Shown here piece by piece: positions 18,199-28,821 of a DNA stretch of 64,000 nt. The stretch is taken from assembly GCA_963752255.1 (NCBI GenBank), contig CAVVXT010000005.1, positions 10,117 through 74,116 on the forward strand. The letters run 5' to 3'. A program made the translations under genes and the position numbers. The first letter of the stretch is position 1. Every line of letters starts with the position of its first letter. The notes beneath the pieces were generated by a model that was not told where the DNA came from, searched no databases, and was given only the letters and a program-made list of their open reading frames with translations. The DNA comes from Nitrososphaeria archaeon. Its GTDB lineage: Archaea; Thermoproteota; Nitrososphaeria; JACIWG01.

Positions 18199-18879
18199 TT
18201 GGAAGTAGCAGAGGGAATTCACAATATACCTGGGTTAAGGGGAGCGAACGTATACCTAGCCATAGATGGAGAGACATTGACCGTTGTCGACACGGGCATG
18301 CCAGGAAATGAAAGTAAAATCATTGATTATATTAAAAGAATTGGAATGGATCCTTCACAGGTAAAGAACATAGTGTTGACCCATTCTGATATCGATCATT
18401 CAGGTAGTACCGCAAAGTTGAAAGAAATAACTAATGCCAGGGTGATGATTCATGAAGCTGACGCGCCCAGACTTTCTGGGGAAAAGGAACTGAAGAAGGT
18501 AAAGGGAATCTTTGGCGTAGTCATGAAAGTTGCCGGCATCGTGATAAAGTTCACCCCTGTAAAACCAGACGTGACTCTTAAGAATTTAGATAAAGTAGGC
18601 AATATGACGGTATTACATACACCTGGTCACACTGAGGGCAGCATTTGTCTATACATAACAGGTAAAGCTCTTTTTGCAGGTGATTTGGTTAGAGTAAACA
18701 ATAACAAGATGCTTGAACTTCCTCCAAAGTCCTTTAACTTGGATACGGATATGCTAAAAGTTTCCCTCAAGAAGGTGTCTGAACTTGAATACTCTGTCCT
18801 GCTGCCTGGTCATGGTCCCCCTTTAAGCCAGAAGGCGTCAGATGTTGTTAAAGAATTCGTAGCCAGAGAAATCAAATGA
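18199..18879 (+). CDS. MBL-fold metallo-hydrolase
   Basis: LTHSDIDHSG (HxHxDH-type), HTPGHTEGS, LLPGHG. Confidence 0.85.
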   Translation: MEVAEGIHNIPGLRGANVYLAIDGETLTVVDTGMPGNESKIIDYIKRIGMDPSQVKNIVLTHSDIDHSGSTAKLKEITNARVMIHEADAPRLSGEKELKKVKGIFGVVMKVAGIVIKFTPVKPDVTLKNLDKVGNMTVLHTPGHTEGSICLYITGKALFAGDLVRVNNNKMLELPPKSFNLDTDMLKVSLKKVSELEYSVLLPGHGPPLSQKASDVVKEFVAREIK

Positions 18880-18967
18880 CTATATCACAAAAGCGTAACT
18901 GTTACAACTACGACATGTTGGAAAGGAGTAGTCAAATTAGGAGACTTAATAGGGAGAAAGCGTTAGA

Positions 18968-19465
18968 TTATATAGTGACGCTGCGGATTAGAGGATAGAT
19001 TACCCTAAAGAGCGAATATGCTATAACAGATCCCAATAATATTTGAAGAATGTTCCATGGAAGTTCACTGAGTGCTCCGCCCAAGCCAAAGAAAATGTCT
19101 TCAAAGATGAAATATGATGAGATCATAAAGATTCCACCTACTGGGCCTGAAGTGTAAGCTAAAATCCTTGACCTGTTACGGAATTTCATAAATATGGTTC
19201 CTACAATTAAACCCTCAACGCCTTTTGCTAATAAAGTCACGGGAGCATAAAAAGCGTATCCCGAGAGGAGGTCTGCTAGAGAGGACCCTAAGCCTCCGGT
19301 TATGAGACCAACATATGGGCCGAACAGCATACCAAACAGAATAACTCCTGCATCGCCGAAGTTGAAATATCCCTGTGTCGCTGGAATGGGTATTTTGAAT
19401 ATGATCGTCATTACAGTAACTAAAGGGATCATAACACAAACGAGGGCTAGCTTTCTGACATCCAT
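18968..19465 (-). CDS. Small polytopic membrane protein, ECF-transporter S-component-like
   Basis: 165 aa with 5-6 TM segments and FNFGDAGVILFGMLFGP, which resembles S components. No adjacent ATPase or T component. Confidence 0.45.
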   Translation of the reverse strand: MDVRKLALVCVMIPLVTVMTIIFKIPIPATQGYFNFGDAGVILFGMLFGPYVGLITGGLGSSLADLLSGYAFYAPVTLLAKGVEGLIVGTIFMKFRNRSRILAYTSGPVGGIFMISSYFIFEDIFFGLGGALSELPWNILQILLGSVIAYSLFRVIYPLIRSVTI

Positions 19466-19569
19466 AGTTCCAATAAGTACCTACATGCGTATTTTAATCC
19501 TTTCTATCATTGATCATGGGATGTCTTATAATGAGACATTTTCTTTTAATCGTGTGCGCTATCTCGAAT

Positions 19570-20520
19570 TTACTCTGTTTCTGCTTTCTTGGTTGTTTCC
19601 TTTGCCATATTTGCGAGGTCTTTGATTCCGTAGAGTCCATATACAGGCATACTGGTTGTTGAACCGCCTGTTGAACCGCCTGTTGAAGCAGCTGTTGAAG
19701 CAGCTGTTGAAGCAGCTGTTGAACCGGCTATTGGCATGTTAGCTGGCATCAGTATTATCGTATTCTTTCCCTGCAATCCAAGCTCGTAGATTATGTTCAT
19801 CCACTTTAATTGGAAGGCTATATCGTTTCCCTTGTACAGGTTCGCGGCATCCACCATCTTCTGTGCCACTTCGTATTCCGCCATAGCCAATATCACTCTA
19901 GACCTCCTTTCCCTTTCAGCTTGAGCTTGTCTTGACATGGCATCCTGTAAAGCCTGCGGTAATCCGACATCTCTAATTTCGACTGCAGTAACTTTTATTC
20001 CCCAAGCCTCCGTCTTCGAGTCTATAATTCCTCTAGCAATAGCACCGACCTTTTCCCTTTCAGCTAGCAACTCATCGAATGAAGCCTGACCAATAACCTC
20101 TCTGAGTGTTGTCTGGGCGGCTAATTGCGTCGCATAATTAAAGTCCTCTGCACCCAAAACGACCTTTTGCAGGTCAACAGGTTGGAAGTACATAACGGAG
20201 TCAACAACTACTGGCACGTTGTCCTTTGTCAAAGTCTGTTCAGTCTTAAACGAAACAACCTGTAGCCGGGTTGATATGACAAATGGTACCCTTGATATAA
20301 ACGGTGGAACATATATTACACCCGGACCTCTTAGACCTCTGTATCTACCCAGTGTAAGAAGAGGAGCTCTCTCCCATTCTTTGAGTATCTTGATTCCGCT
20401 GAGAAATATTCCTATAACTATCAGAATAATTAATACTATGATAGAAAGAGTAGCTATATCCATCAACTTTCGCCTTAAAAATGTATAATTAGAACCTCCT
20501 ATTAATCTTTTCTCTTCCAA
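19570..20520 (-). CDS. SPFH/stomatin-family protein
   Basis: N-terminal TM, EWERAPLLTLGRYRG...GPGVIYVPPF, and ALQDAMSRQAQAERERR. Sits downstream of NfeD in the classic operon arrangement. Confidence 0.85.
   Translation of the reverse strand: MEEKRLIGGSNYTFLRRKLMDIATLSIIVLIILIVIGIFLSGIKILKEWERAPLLTLGRYRGLRGPGVIYVPPFISRVPFVISTRLQVVSFKTEQTLTKDNVPVVVDSVMYFQPVDLQKVVLGAEDFNYATQLAAQTTLREVIGQASFDELLAEREKVGAIARGIIDSKTEAWGIKVTAVEIRDVGLPQALQDAMSRQAQAERERRSRVILAMAEYEVAQKMVDAANLYKGNDIAFQLKWMNIIYELGLQGKNTIILMPANMPIAGSTAASTAASTAASTGGSTGGSTTSMPVYGLYGIKDLANMAKETTKKAETE
19658..19729. repeat. 12-bp tandem repeat x6 inside the stomatin 3' end
   Basis: gttgaaccgcct x2, gttgaagcagct x3, gttgaaccggct x1. Encodes AASTAASTAASTGGSTGGST. 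Confidence 0.9.
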
Positions 20521-20547
20521 TCCGGTGTTTACCGGATATCTGGTCGA

Positions 20548-21846
20548 TCAAGTTTTCTCAACGATGAGCTTGAGTTTTTCTATCGACTTTATCCTTACGG
20601 ATCCGCCCTTTACAACTTCTCCTGAAATTGACATCGCTTTCCAGATTACACCTTCCACTCTTACATCACCTTCAGGGTTTAGATCTGTTATCGCGACACC
20701 AATCTTTCCCACCACCGACTCTGGGCCTGTCAACTTAGCTCCGCGCCTTAAAGGTCCTATCACCCACCTGGAGTAGAGACCTGCGACTATGCCGATAACT
20801 ATTACCACAAAGATTTCAAGGTCCGTTACTGAAGTAATAGGTGAGGGTGAATAGGGTATTCCATATGCCAGCAACACTATGCCTAAAGCGCCAAGTACTA
20901 CGCCCCCCATAAGCGCGAAACCATGGCCAAGCTTCAATTCGAGGATAATTAGGACGGCGGCAACTGCTAAGACGAAAAAACCGAGTACTGAAGCATCTAT
21001 TACCTCGGCTCCAATGAGGCCGGCTATAATCGCCGCACCGCCAACTATGGAGAGAAGTATGGTAGGATGGTAGACGTCTATAACAATAGCGACCGTTCCA
21101 AGCAGAATCAGTGTGCCGTCGAGTGTCGAGTTACTCAGGGCACTGATGAACTGTTGGTACAGATCCTGATTAAAGGTGACCTGTTGGATTCCTGAAAGCC
21201 CAAACATGCTGATCGCTTCGCTTAATGAGCCTGCAAATCCGTCACTCACATGATACCTGAACGCTTGGTCAGCTGAGAACGCCTGGTCATATTGTACCAT
21301 GTTGTAAGCTGCGGTTGTGTTTCTTCCCCATTCCTGAGCCAGGCTGACCAAGAGTTGCAGCATTGCAGACTGGGTGTGATTCTGCTCCAGGGCGGTGCCT
21401 CCTACCACTTCGGGCGTGCTGGGGCCGATGACGGAACCTGGACCCATCAAAATCTTGTTTGTAGCCATCGCTATATAGCTACCAGCGGACGCTGCGAGGC
21501 CATTTGGTGCGACGTAGGTGTAGACCGGTATTCCAGATTGATTGGCCTCCGTTATATAAGAAATTATGTTGACCATGTCGCTGAGAAGCCCACCTGGAGT
21601 ATTCATCACAAAAACTATTGCCGAGGCCTTCTGGCTTAAGGCGTAGTTAACAGCTCCCTGGACGAAAGCAGACGAGCCCGGGTCAACGGCAACATCAAAA
21701 TTTATTATTACGATGGATCCTGGAGGGGAATCAGCTGAGACAGTAGGGAGGCCTGCGAAGCAGTTGACCAACAATAAAAGAAAAAGTAACAGGAACATCC
21801 AGTGTAAAGCATTAAACTTATTTAAGGCTCTATATCGTTTTTCCAA
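20548..21846 (-). CDS. NfeD-family membrane-bound ClpP-class serine protease
   Basis: Signal/TM, ClpP-like domain (NTPGGLL...AASAGSYIAMA), multi-TM block and a C-terminal OB-like tail (GDVRVEGVIWKA). Paired with stomatin. Confidence 0.8.
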   Translation of the reverse strand: MEKRYRALNKFNALHWMFLLLFLLLLVNCFAGLPTVSADSPPGSIVIINFDVAVDPGSSAFVQGAVNYALSQKASAIVFVMNTPGGLLSDMVNIISYITEANQSGIPVYTYVAPNGLAASAGSYIAMATNKILMGPGSVIGPSTPEVVGGTALEQNHTQSAMLQLLVSLAQEWGRNTTAAYNMVQYDQAFSADQAFRYHVSDGFAGSLSEAISMFGLSGIQQVTFNQDLYQQFISALSNSTLDGTLILLGTVAIVIDVYHPTILLSIVGGAAIIAGLIGAEVIDASVLGFFVLAVAAVLIILELKLGHGFALMGGVVLGALGIVLLAYGIPYSPSPITSVTDLEIFVVIVIGIVAGLYSRWVIGPLRRGAKLTGPESVVGKIGVAITDLNPEGDVRVEGVIWKAMSISGEVVKGGSVRIKSIEKLKLIVEKT

Positions 21847-22021
21847 GGAAACGCACCTCCCTCGGATAAAAACGCTGTGCTCCAGCTTGATAAGGCTTTT
21901 GATATCTATCAGAGAAGTAAGTGCAACACTCTACAGTCAAATATTTGGTTTGCGGTGAGACTACATAGACCACGGTGCAAAAAGATTTTAAACATGAAAA
22001 ATAATTTGATTTAGAACAAGA

Positions 22022-22972
22022 TTGGAATACACTAATTTGGGTAAAAGTGGAATAAAAATTTCTAGGATAGGTTTAGGTGCTTGGCAAGCGAACATAAAGC
22101 AATGGGGTCAAGACTTCACTGAAGAAGACATTATGAAGGCTATGAAGAAATCGTATGAGCTTGGTATCAACCTGATCGATACTGCTGAGTCCTATGGTAA
22201 TGGATATTCTGAGGAAATAGTTGGTAAAGTAGCAAAGGAAATAGGGCGTGACAATCTTGTCATCGCTACAAAGGTTCATGGAGAGCATTGTCGATACGAT
22301 GATGTTTTGAGAGCCGCAGAAAAGAGTCTTAAAAGACTAGATATAAAAGAAATAGACCTGTATCAGGTTCATTGGCCTGACCCGTGGGAGCAAATCCCAT
22401 TAAAAGAGACTATGGGTGCTTTAGAGAAACTTTTCAAGGAAGGAAAGATCAGAGCTGTAGGAGTAAGCAACTTTGCTGTAAGGGATTTAAAGGAAGCCCA
22501 AGGCTATCTTTCTACAACAGACATTGTTTCGAATCAGCTAAGATACAATATGATTCAAAGAGAAATAGAGCATGATGTTCTAAAATACTGTAAAAGGGAA
22601 AAAATAACAGTCATAGCATGGAGCCCTCTAGCGCAGGGTATCTTGACGGGAAAATATGATGTAAACAATAAACCTAAAGATTCTGCGAGATCGGACAATA
22701 GGCTGTTCTACGATCACAACCTCAAAGAAATATCGAAACTGCTTAGGGTTCTCAAAGAGATAGCGGATTCCAGGGGCAAAACAATGGGACAGGTGGCTTT
22801 AAACTGGCTTATGAAGGAAAAAAACGTTGTTCCTATTCCGGGTGCAAAGAATACAGATCAAGCCGTAGAAAACGCGAACGCTTGTGGCTGGAACCTGAGC
22901 AGTCAAGATCTCAGGAACATAGATTCTGTTCTTAAGACCATCTCTTTAAGCTACTTCAAGTATTACGATTAG
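22022..22972 (+). CDS. Aldo/keto reductase
   Basis: GLGAWQ, INLIDTAESYGNGYSE, LYQVHWPD, GVSNF. Confidence 0.9.
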   Translation: MEYTNLGKSGIKISRIGLGAWQANIKQWGQDFTEEDIMKAMKKSYELGINLIDTAESYGNGYSEEIVGKVAKEIGRDNLVIATKVHGEHCRYDDVLRAAEKSLKRLDIKEIDLYQVHWPDPWEQIPLKETMGALEKLFKEGKIRAVGVSNFAVRDLKEAQGYLSTTDIVSNQLRYNMIQREIEHDVLKYCKREKITVIAWSPLAQGILTGKYDVNNKPKDSARSDNRLFYDHNLKEISKLLRVLKEIADSRGKTMGQVALNWLMKEKNVVPIPGAKNTDQAVENANACGWNLSSQDLRNIDSVLKTISLSYFKYYD

Positions 22973-23109
22973 AGCTTTAACAGATGACATGACCTGTTAG
23001 ATACACTTTTCTATGCTAAAGTGGAAGAAGTAGAGTTTCTATCATCTGATCTAGGCTTTAAAACCTTAAATTTGATGACGTTACTCCCATATATTAGAGG
23101 ACTTGTTTG

Positions 23110-24084
23110 ATGGTGGGTCTACTTGATCCCCTTAAAGTAGGGGAATATATTCTCTCAAATCGTATTGTCATGCCCCCTATGCTTACCAATCTAGCTACTT
23201 CATACGGAAACGTGACCGACCGGCTGGTTGAGCACTACAGTAGACGCGCTGAAATGCTGGGTCTCTTGATAGTTGAAGCTTCATATGTGTCTAAGGGTGC
23301 CAATTTAGGTGAAAAACAGTTGGGAATATTTGATGAAAGTTTGGTCTCAGGTTTACGCAGACTTTCAGAAGCCATACACGGAAAGGGTACACCGGCTATT
23401 TTACAGATAATGCATTCCGGTGCAAAAGCTTACGTTGGTTCGGGAGGGCTTCAACCAGTTGCTCCTTCAGCTATCGAATGCGCACGACAACTCAAAGTTA
23501 GTGAAATTGAACCGTTGCTTGACAGTTTTGCGGAGGCCACAGAAAGAGCAGTTAAATCAGGGTTTGATGGTGTTGAAGTTCATGGTGCACACGGCTTCTT
23601 GGTGAACCAGTTCTTTTCACCTCTAAGTAACAGACGAAACGACAAATATGGGGGGTCCCTTGAGAATAGGATGAGGTTTCCTTTAGAAGTTGTTGAAAGA
23701 GTTAAGGAGAAGGTCGGTAAAAAACTGGTGCTCTATCGAATAGGTGCTGAAGACCTTAACCCGAACGGCGCAAAAATAGAGGATTCCGTCGAATTGGCTA
23801 AGAGATTAGAGGGATCGGGTGTTGACATAATTGACGTGTCAGGAGGCCTTTGCGGCAGCAGTCCTCCGGAATTACAAAATGTTCAAGGATACTTTATTCC
23901 ACAAGCTCATAGGATCAAAAGTGCAGTTAAGGTTCCTGTCATCGGAGTTGGGAACATTAAGGACGCGAAATATGCCAATAAGCTAGTAGAAGAGGGGACA
24001 GTAGACCTTGTAGCAATAGGAAGGGGACTTATTAAAAACCCTCATTGGGCTGCTGAGGCGGTTAAGGCATTAAAAGATCAATAA
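23110..24084 (+). CDS. NADH:flavin oxidoreductase (Old Yellow Enzyme family)
   Basis: MPPM, GFDGVEVHGAHGFLVNQFFSPLSNRRNDKYGGSLENRMRFPLEV. Confidence 0.85.
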   Translation: MVGLLDPLKVGEYILSNRIVMPPMLTNLATSYGNVTDRLVEHYSRRAEMLGLLIVEASYVSKGANLGEKQLGIFDESLVSGLRRLSEAIHGKGTPAILQIMHSGAKAYVGSGGLQPVAPSAIECARQLKVSEIEPLLDSFAEATERAVKSGFDGVEVHGAHGFLVNQFFSPLSNRRNDKYGGSLENRMRFPLEVVERVKEKVGKKLVLYRIGAEDLNPNGAKIEDSVELAKRLEGSGVDIIDVSGGLCGSSPPELQNVQGYFIPQAHRIKSAVKVPVIGVGNIKDAKYANKLVEEGTVDLVAIGRGLIKNPHWAAEAVKALKDQ

Positions 24085-24199
24085 TAGTTTACAGTATTAG
24101 CTTTAGAGAAGCAAACGGTGGCCAAGACCTAAATAAAAGATGCTTTAAATTCATTCTGCTACATAAAGGGTAGCCCGATTTCCAGACATTTGTAGGTTC

Positions 24200-24388
24200 C
24201 TACTTCGTTTCCGTGCAGGGTTCTCCTTCTTTACCCCAATTAATCTTTTCAACATCGTATATTATTACTGTGACAGCATCCGGTTTTAAATCTAAGGTTT
24301 TACAGAGCGCCTTTGTCACTTCTTCTATTATCCTCTTTTTCTGGGCCGCGGTTCTTCCCGCCCACATACTAATTTGAACTAGTGGCAT
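24200..24388 (-). CDS. 4-oxalocrotonate tautomerase family protein
   Basis: 62 aa beginning MPLVQISMWAGRT, with Pro-1 and the beta-alpha-beta pattern. Confidence 0.8.
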   Translation of the reverse strand: MPLVQISMWAGRTAAQKKRIIEEVTKALCKTLDLKPDAVTVIIYDVEKINWGKEGEPCTETK

Positions 24389-24816
24389 TTAAATCGCCTG
24401 CCATATGTTTCCATGAACTGATATTAATTCTTATACTCCAAAAATCAATGAATATTCGGTCGGATACTTTCTCCACATCTAGGCAGTTTGGGAGAACATG
24501 TCTAAAAATTCCATATACAATGGATACAGAACCTTTAATTTTTCCTTTTCTTGGGTTTCATATCATATTTGTTCATGGTCCTTTGGGCTATGCCATGGAT
24601 CCGAGTAATACCTGTAGCACTACATGTTCCTGCTTTTTCAATGTCACTAATTCGCATTCATATAATAACTGTCCTCGTGATCGTAATGGCTGTTTTCTGG
24701 TTCCATTTTACTTAGTTAATATGATTCCATATATAACTACACTCATTATTGTAGTATTAGCTATCGGAAAAAAGAGATTTCCTAAAGAAAGTGGTAAAAC
24801 ATACAAAAGAGAATAA
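24382..24816 (+). pseudogene. Possible 3' remnant of an ABC-transporter permease
   Basis: Only the last 40 aa or so (MIPYITTLIIVVLAIGKKRFPKESGKTYKRE) resemble the C-terminus of BMP-family permeases. The upstream part is not protein-like. Confidence 0.25.
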
Positions 24817-24934
24817 CCAATTTAGTTGACCTTTAAAATTATCCCTTTTCCCACTAAACAGCAAAATTAATTATTATAGCATCTATATTCCGATTCGCCC
24901 AAGTTCTTTATTTTATCTCCAGCTATCTCTGCGA

Positions 24935-25276
24935 TTATTTTGACTCGATCCTTATCTCAACCTTTTCATACCTTAACATCAAAGACTTTTTGATCTCTTC
25001 GGCTTCAGCCAGGTTCTCCTTTCCATAGACTTCAAAGATCCATTTTGATGTCGAACCCGAATAGAAGTCTTTCGTTGATATCTTACCTAAAAAGATGGGG
25101 GCTTGCTCCTTCTTCCCAAAAAATCCTTTTACAGGTGGCAATATCTTCAAAATACCTATAATATCACCCCGAGGTTCCTCTATTTTTTTACCAAAAGAAT
25201 CTGTAATCTGATATCCCTTCTCCTTTAGAACTTTAGCTATCCCTACGACCAATGGTTCAGCATAGCCTACCACCAA
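24935..25276 (-). CDS. Hypothetical protein (113 aa)
   Basis: ORF track. Protein-like composition but no motif recognised. Confidence 0.5.
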   Translation of the reverse strand: MVVGYAEPLVVGIAKVLKEKGYQITDSFGKKIEEPRGDIIGILKILPPVKGFFGKKEQAPIFLGKISTKDFYSGSTSKWIFEVYGKENLAEAEEIKKSLMLRYEKVEIRIESK

Positions 25277-25517
25277 TACCTTCCTTTAATTATAAAGTCA
25301 AGAACATACTTATAAATCTACTCTTATTTCAAAGAGAACACTTAGAAAAACATCCGCTCTAATAAGAGCTTCCTAATATTAAAATTGCACTATGCCTTTT
25401 ATTGTAGATTGGCTGCTTACATTATCTAGTTTCGGAATAATGAACTTTCCTTTGACGAATGATCCCTTTCTATTTTACTTGTGTGACACGATTCTTTTGC
25501 GGAGGTTTTTTTCCTGA

Positions 25518-26999
25518 TTAAAGGTTAGTTACGTAAACGTTCATTTCTTCTTCTTTAAGAGTGGTTTGTAGTCCAGCCATCTTTATCTCTTCCATAGAGA
25601 GATTTATCCAAGTTGAAAAAATGCTTGGATTAGGTCTGTTAGGAACAAAATCGGGGTCTACTGAATACAATAGTCCGTAACCGCGAGCTTGAGCAACCTG
25701 CAGAAGCACATGTTTTGACGCCCAATAATCTAGAGCTATTGGGTCTTTGCTCGCCATGATGACATTTACTCTTGTGGCCGTATCATAGTATGTTTGAGGA
25801 CCTTTCCCGGGTCTCGCATTTATCCATATGGCATCGAGTATATTTAGTGTCGGTATCCTCGTTTCAGCCATCAATGTCCCCATTCCACCTTTTCCGATAG
25901 ATAGATGGGTACCACCTAAAGTAACGCCAGAGCCACCTGTAAGCCTATCTGATGGTACGCCCATGTAATGTTTTGTACAACCTGTAACGCCATAGGCGGA
26001 GTGAGTCTTTAAAACTGGGACGTTGATCACTTTAAGCTTCTCGCTACTGTAAGATTTTGTTTGATTATCCCATAACCCATTTTTAAAGCTGATGTATGTT
26101 CCGAACTTGGTCTTGAATTTCGGGTAGGAAACCTGTATTCCAGTTTTTTCGTTAACATTCTCCTGCACGACATAACCATCTTCCAAATCTCCTTGAGAAT
26201 ACTCCTCTACTTTATTAAGTGTAATATTATCCCAAAGATATGTCGAAATCTTATAAGAACCTGTTGAAGAATCAACGACCTTCTGCACCGACTGAGAGAT
26301 ATCTTCAGCATTATTCTTCTCATAGTCAAGATGCCCACCGTCGCTCAAAGAGCCGCGTCCGGGACCGCCTTGTCCATTATCTGCCACAACAATTTCTCCT
26401 ACGAACCCGTCAGGATGACCCTTTATAGCTTCGATTATGGCCTTTATTAGGTCAGTGTTTGTTCCTCCCCTTTCATTCCATTGCGAATTTACTTTAATGA
26501 GGAGAACATCATCTTTAGCAATTAGTCCTTCCTGTCCCTGATTGCTTCCTTCTTTACCTGAATTATAGAACAAGAGATTATTGTGGCCCATAAGGTCTAT
26601 GAGCGTTTCAAAGCCGTTATCCTGTCCCGTTGCGCCGTTTACTACGAAAATATCTGATGAAGGTTGGGTTTTTGCCAAACTACTCTCAAATGCAAGTTCC
26701 ATATAGTCTCCTTGAGCCGTTGTCGTGGTTGAGATAGTTGAAGAAGATGAAGTGCTTGTAGTAGTTGAGGGAATAGTACTTGTAGTACTGATAGCGCTCG
26801 AGCTGTAAGAAGTTGAGCTAGATAGTGAAGTTGTGGTAACAGGTGTAGAAGTTGTAATAGTAGTTGGAGGAGATGTTGTGCTAGTGTGGCCTGGTAAGTA
26901 ACCAAAATAAAAATACGCTCCCACAGCAGCAACGGCAGCAGCAGAAAGCCCTATCATACTCCTTCTTGAGACGGAATGCTTCTTTGCTTTATTAACCAT
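25518..26999 (-). CDS. DUF362-like domain protein with an N-terminal signal/anchor and a Ser/Thr-rich linker
   Basis: RRSMIGLSAAAVAAVGAYF (Tat-like signal/anchor), a roughly 70-aa S/T tract, then VLLIKVN, VPVLKTHSAYGVTGCTKHYMGV and LNILDAIW. Confidence 0.65.
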   Translation of the reverse strand: MVNKAKKHSVSRRSMIGLSAAAVAAVGAYFYFGYLPGHTSTTSPPTTITTSTPVTTTSLSSSTSYSSSAISTTSTIPSTTTSTSSSSTISTTTTAQGDYMELAFESSLAKTQPSSDIFVVNGATGQDNGFETLIDLMGHNNLLFYNSGKEGSNQGQEGLIAKDDVLLIKVNSQWNERGGTNTDLIKAIIEAIKGHPDGFVGEIVVADNGQGGPGRGSLSDGGHLDYEKNNAEDISQSVQKVVDSSTGSYKISTYLWDNITLNKVEEYSQGDLEDGYVVQENVNEKTGIQVSYPKFKTKFGTYISFKNGLWDNQTKSYSSEKLKVINVPVLKTHSAYGVTGCTKHYMGVPSDRLTGGSGVTLGGTHLSIGKGGMGTLMAETRIPTLNILDAIWINARPGKGPQTYYDTATRVNVIMASKDPIALDYWASKHVLLQVAQARGYGLLYSVDPDFVPNRPNPSIFSTWINLSMEEIKMAGLQTTLKEEEMNVYVTNL

Positions 27000-27121
27000 T
27001 TTTAAATAACTCTCTTTTAAAGTTAGAGCCCGTATAAATATATTAGCTTTTTCATCGGAAAAATTGGTTTACCTTTAAAGCCAAGGTACAAAAGTAAAAC
27101 CATCTTTCAGAAAGAAGGGTA

Positions 27122-28009
27122 TTACAAAAATTTCCTTATCGCATCTGCTATAATAGGTGCAGCGCTGACTAAACCGACAGGGCTTGGAACCGTATCTGAT
27201 CCTATAATGACTTCAGCACCTGCATCCAAGATCTTTGCGTAGGAATCTCCGATGAGCAAGGGATGAGCGCACATTACGATTACTCTGTTTGCTCCGTAGT
27301 TTTGAAGGACCTTAACCGTTTCAACCATCGTGCCTCCTGTGCTAATGATATCATCGATGACCACGACATTACGATCGTTGACGCTTCGGAGCCTCGTCTT
27401 TATCTCAACTTTATCAGGCCCCAGTCGAACCTTTTCAAGCGTATCGTATTCGCAGTTCAGAATTTCGGATGAAATCTTAGCCCATTGTTCTGCCTCCTCA
27501 TCGGGCGCTATAACGATAGGTTTATCTAATGTGAAGTTCTGTTTAACATACTGAGTCAAAAGGGGAACCACTGACAAGTTGTGAGCTGGAATATTGAACA
27601 CTTTGGAAATATCGTTAACTCTATGAAGATGTGTATCGATCGTGAAGAGCTCATCCGTCCCCACATTTTCTATCAACCTGGTCACCGTCTGGAAGCTTAT
27701 AGCCTCCCCGGGGTTAAATCGCCTATCCTGTCTTGCGTATGCAAAATATGGTATAACACCAATGACTCTCTTAGCCCCAAGATCTTTCAGGGCTTTGACG
27801 AGTAGAAAATATTCGAATAAGTGTTCATCAGGTACATGATACATGGACTGTATAACTACTATGGTATCCCCTTTTACATCATCCATTATTCTAACATATT
27901 TTTCTCCATCTGGAAACTTTTTGGCCTGAAGCTTAGAAACCGCTATGCCAAGCTCTCGACCTACCTTCAGAGCAAGCACGTCTGAGGCTGAACCTCCTAT
28001 TAACAGCAT
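27122..28009 (-). CDS. prs: Ribose-phosphate pyrophosphokinase
   Basis: IPYFAYARQDRR and VVVIDDIISTGGTM, the PRPP-binding loop. Confidence 0.9.
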   Translation of the reverse strand: MLLIGGSASDVLALKVGRELGIAVSKLQAKKFPDGEKYVRIMDDVKGDTIVVIQSMYHVPDEHLFEYFLLVKALKDLGAKRVIGVIPYFAYARQDRRFNPGEAISFQTVTRLIENVGTDELFTIDTHLHRVNDISKVFNIPAHNLSVVPLLTQYVKQNFTLDKPIVIAPDEEAEQWAKISSEILNCEYDTLEKVRLGPDKVEIKTRLRSVNDRNVVVIDDIISTGGTMVETVKVLQNYGANRVIVMCAHPLLIGDSYAKILDAGAEVIIGSDTVPSPVGLVSAAPIIADAIRKFL

Positions 28010-28170
28010 TAACCAATCGTAAGGTATTTACTTCTATTAAAATATTAATTTTAGGTCGTTTCAATTAACTCCTGCAGAGTAAAATTTATGGTTATGGGAA
28101 CAAAAAAAATATGTATGTTAGCCATAATGATCCAAGAAGATATAAAAGAATAGGCATGTAAACACTTTAG

Positions 28171-28743
28171 ATGAAAAAGTTAGAAGTTCGTATGGCTGCT
28201 GAAGAAAAAATCTATCTAATTAAAGGAGACATAACCGATCAAGACACCGATGCTATAGTTAACGCTGCAAATCCCAGTCTTATGGGGGGAGGAGGTGTCG
28301 ATGGGGCCATACATCGGTCGGGAGGCCCGAAAATATTGGAGGAATGTAAACGAATAAGGGCTAAAGACTGGCCTAATGGTCTTCCAACGGGGAAGGCTGT
28401 AATCACTTCAGGAGGAAACTTGAAGGCTAAGTACGTAATTCACACCGTAGGCCCTATATGGTTTGGGGGGAATAGAGGTGAGCAAGAGCTCCTAGCAGAC
28501 TCGTATAGAAACTCGCTTATGTTGGCTGTAAATAAGGGACTGAAAACGATATCTTTTCCCTCGATAAGTACAGGAGCGTACGGTTATCCCATTGAAAAAG
28601 CAAGTGAAGTTGCTCTAACTGTCGTAAAGGAGTTTCTTGACGAGCAAGAAGATCTTGGCAAAGTGGCCTTTGTTCTTTTTAGTCAGCATGATTTCCAAGC
28701 CTATAAAGAGACATCTAAAAGGATTCTAGAAAAAAATCCTTAA
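28171..28743 (+). CDS. Macro-domain protein (O-acetyl-ADP-ribose deacetylase-like)
   Basis: DAIVNAANPSLMGGGGVDGAIHRSGG and SFPSISTGAYGYP. Confidence 0.9.
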   Translation: MKKLEVRMAAEEKIYLIKGDITDQDTDAIVNAANPSLMGGGGVDGAIHRSGGPKILEECKRIRAKDWPNGLPTGKAVITSGGNLKAKYVIHTVGPIWFGGNRGEQELLADSYRNSLMLAVNKGLKTISFPSISTGAYGYPIEKASEVALTVVKEFLDEQEDLGKVAFVLFSQHDFQAYKETSKRILEKNP

Positions 28744-28821
28744 CGCCGATCATTACCGATTCTCTAAAACAGTCTTGAAATAATATTTTGAACACTTTCT
28801 AAGGCTTTGTTGACTTGACTT

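Noticed and set aside
19466-19569. A riboswitch upstream of the ECF S-component-like gene.
   Set aside because: There are no TPP, preQ1 or other conserved riboswitch cores visible in the 100-nt leader.
26642-26932. A 96-aa alternative frame through the S/T-rich linker of the DUF362 gene.
   Set aside because: It is a Leu/Gln-rich product of the repetitive linker DNA, in the same region as a better-supported frame.
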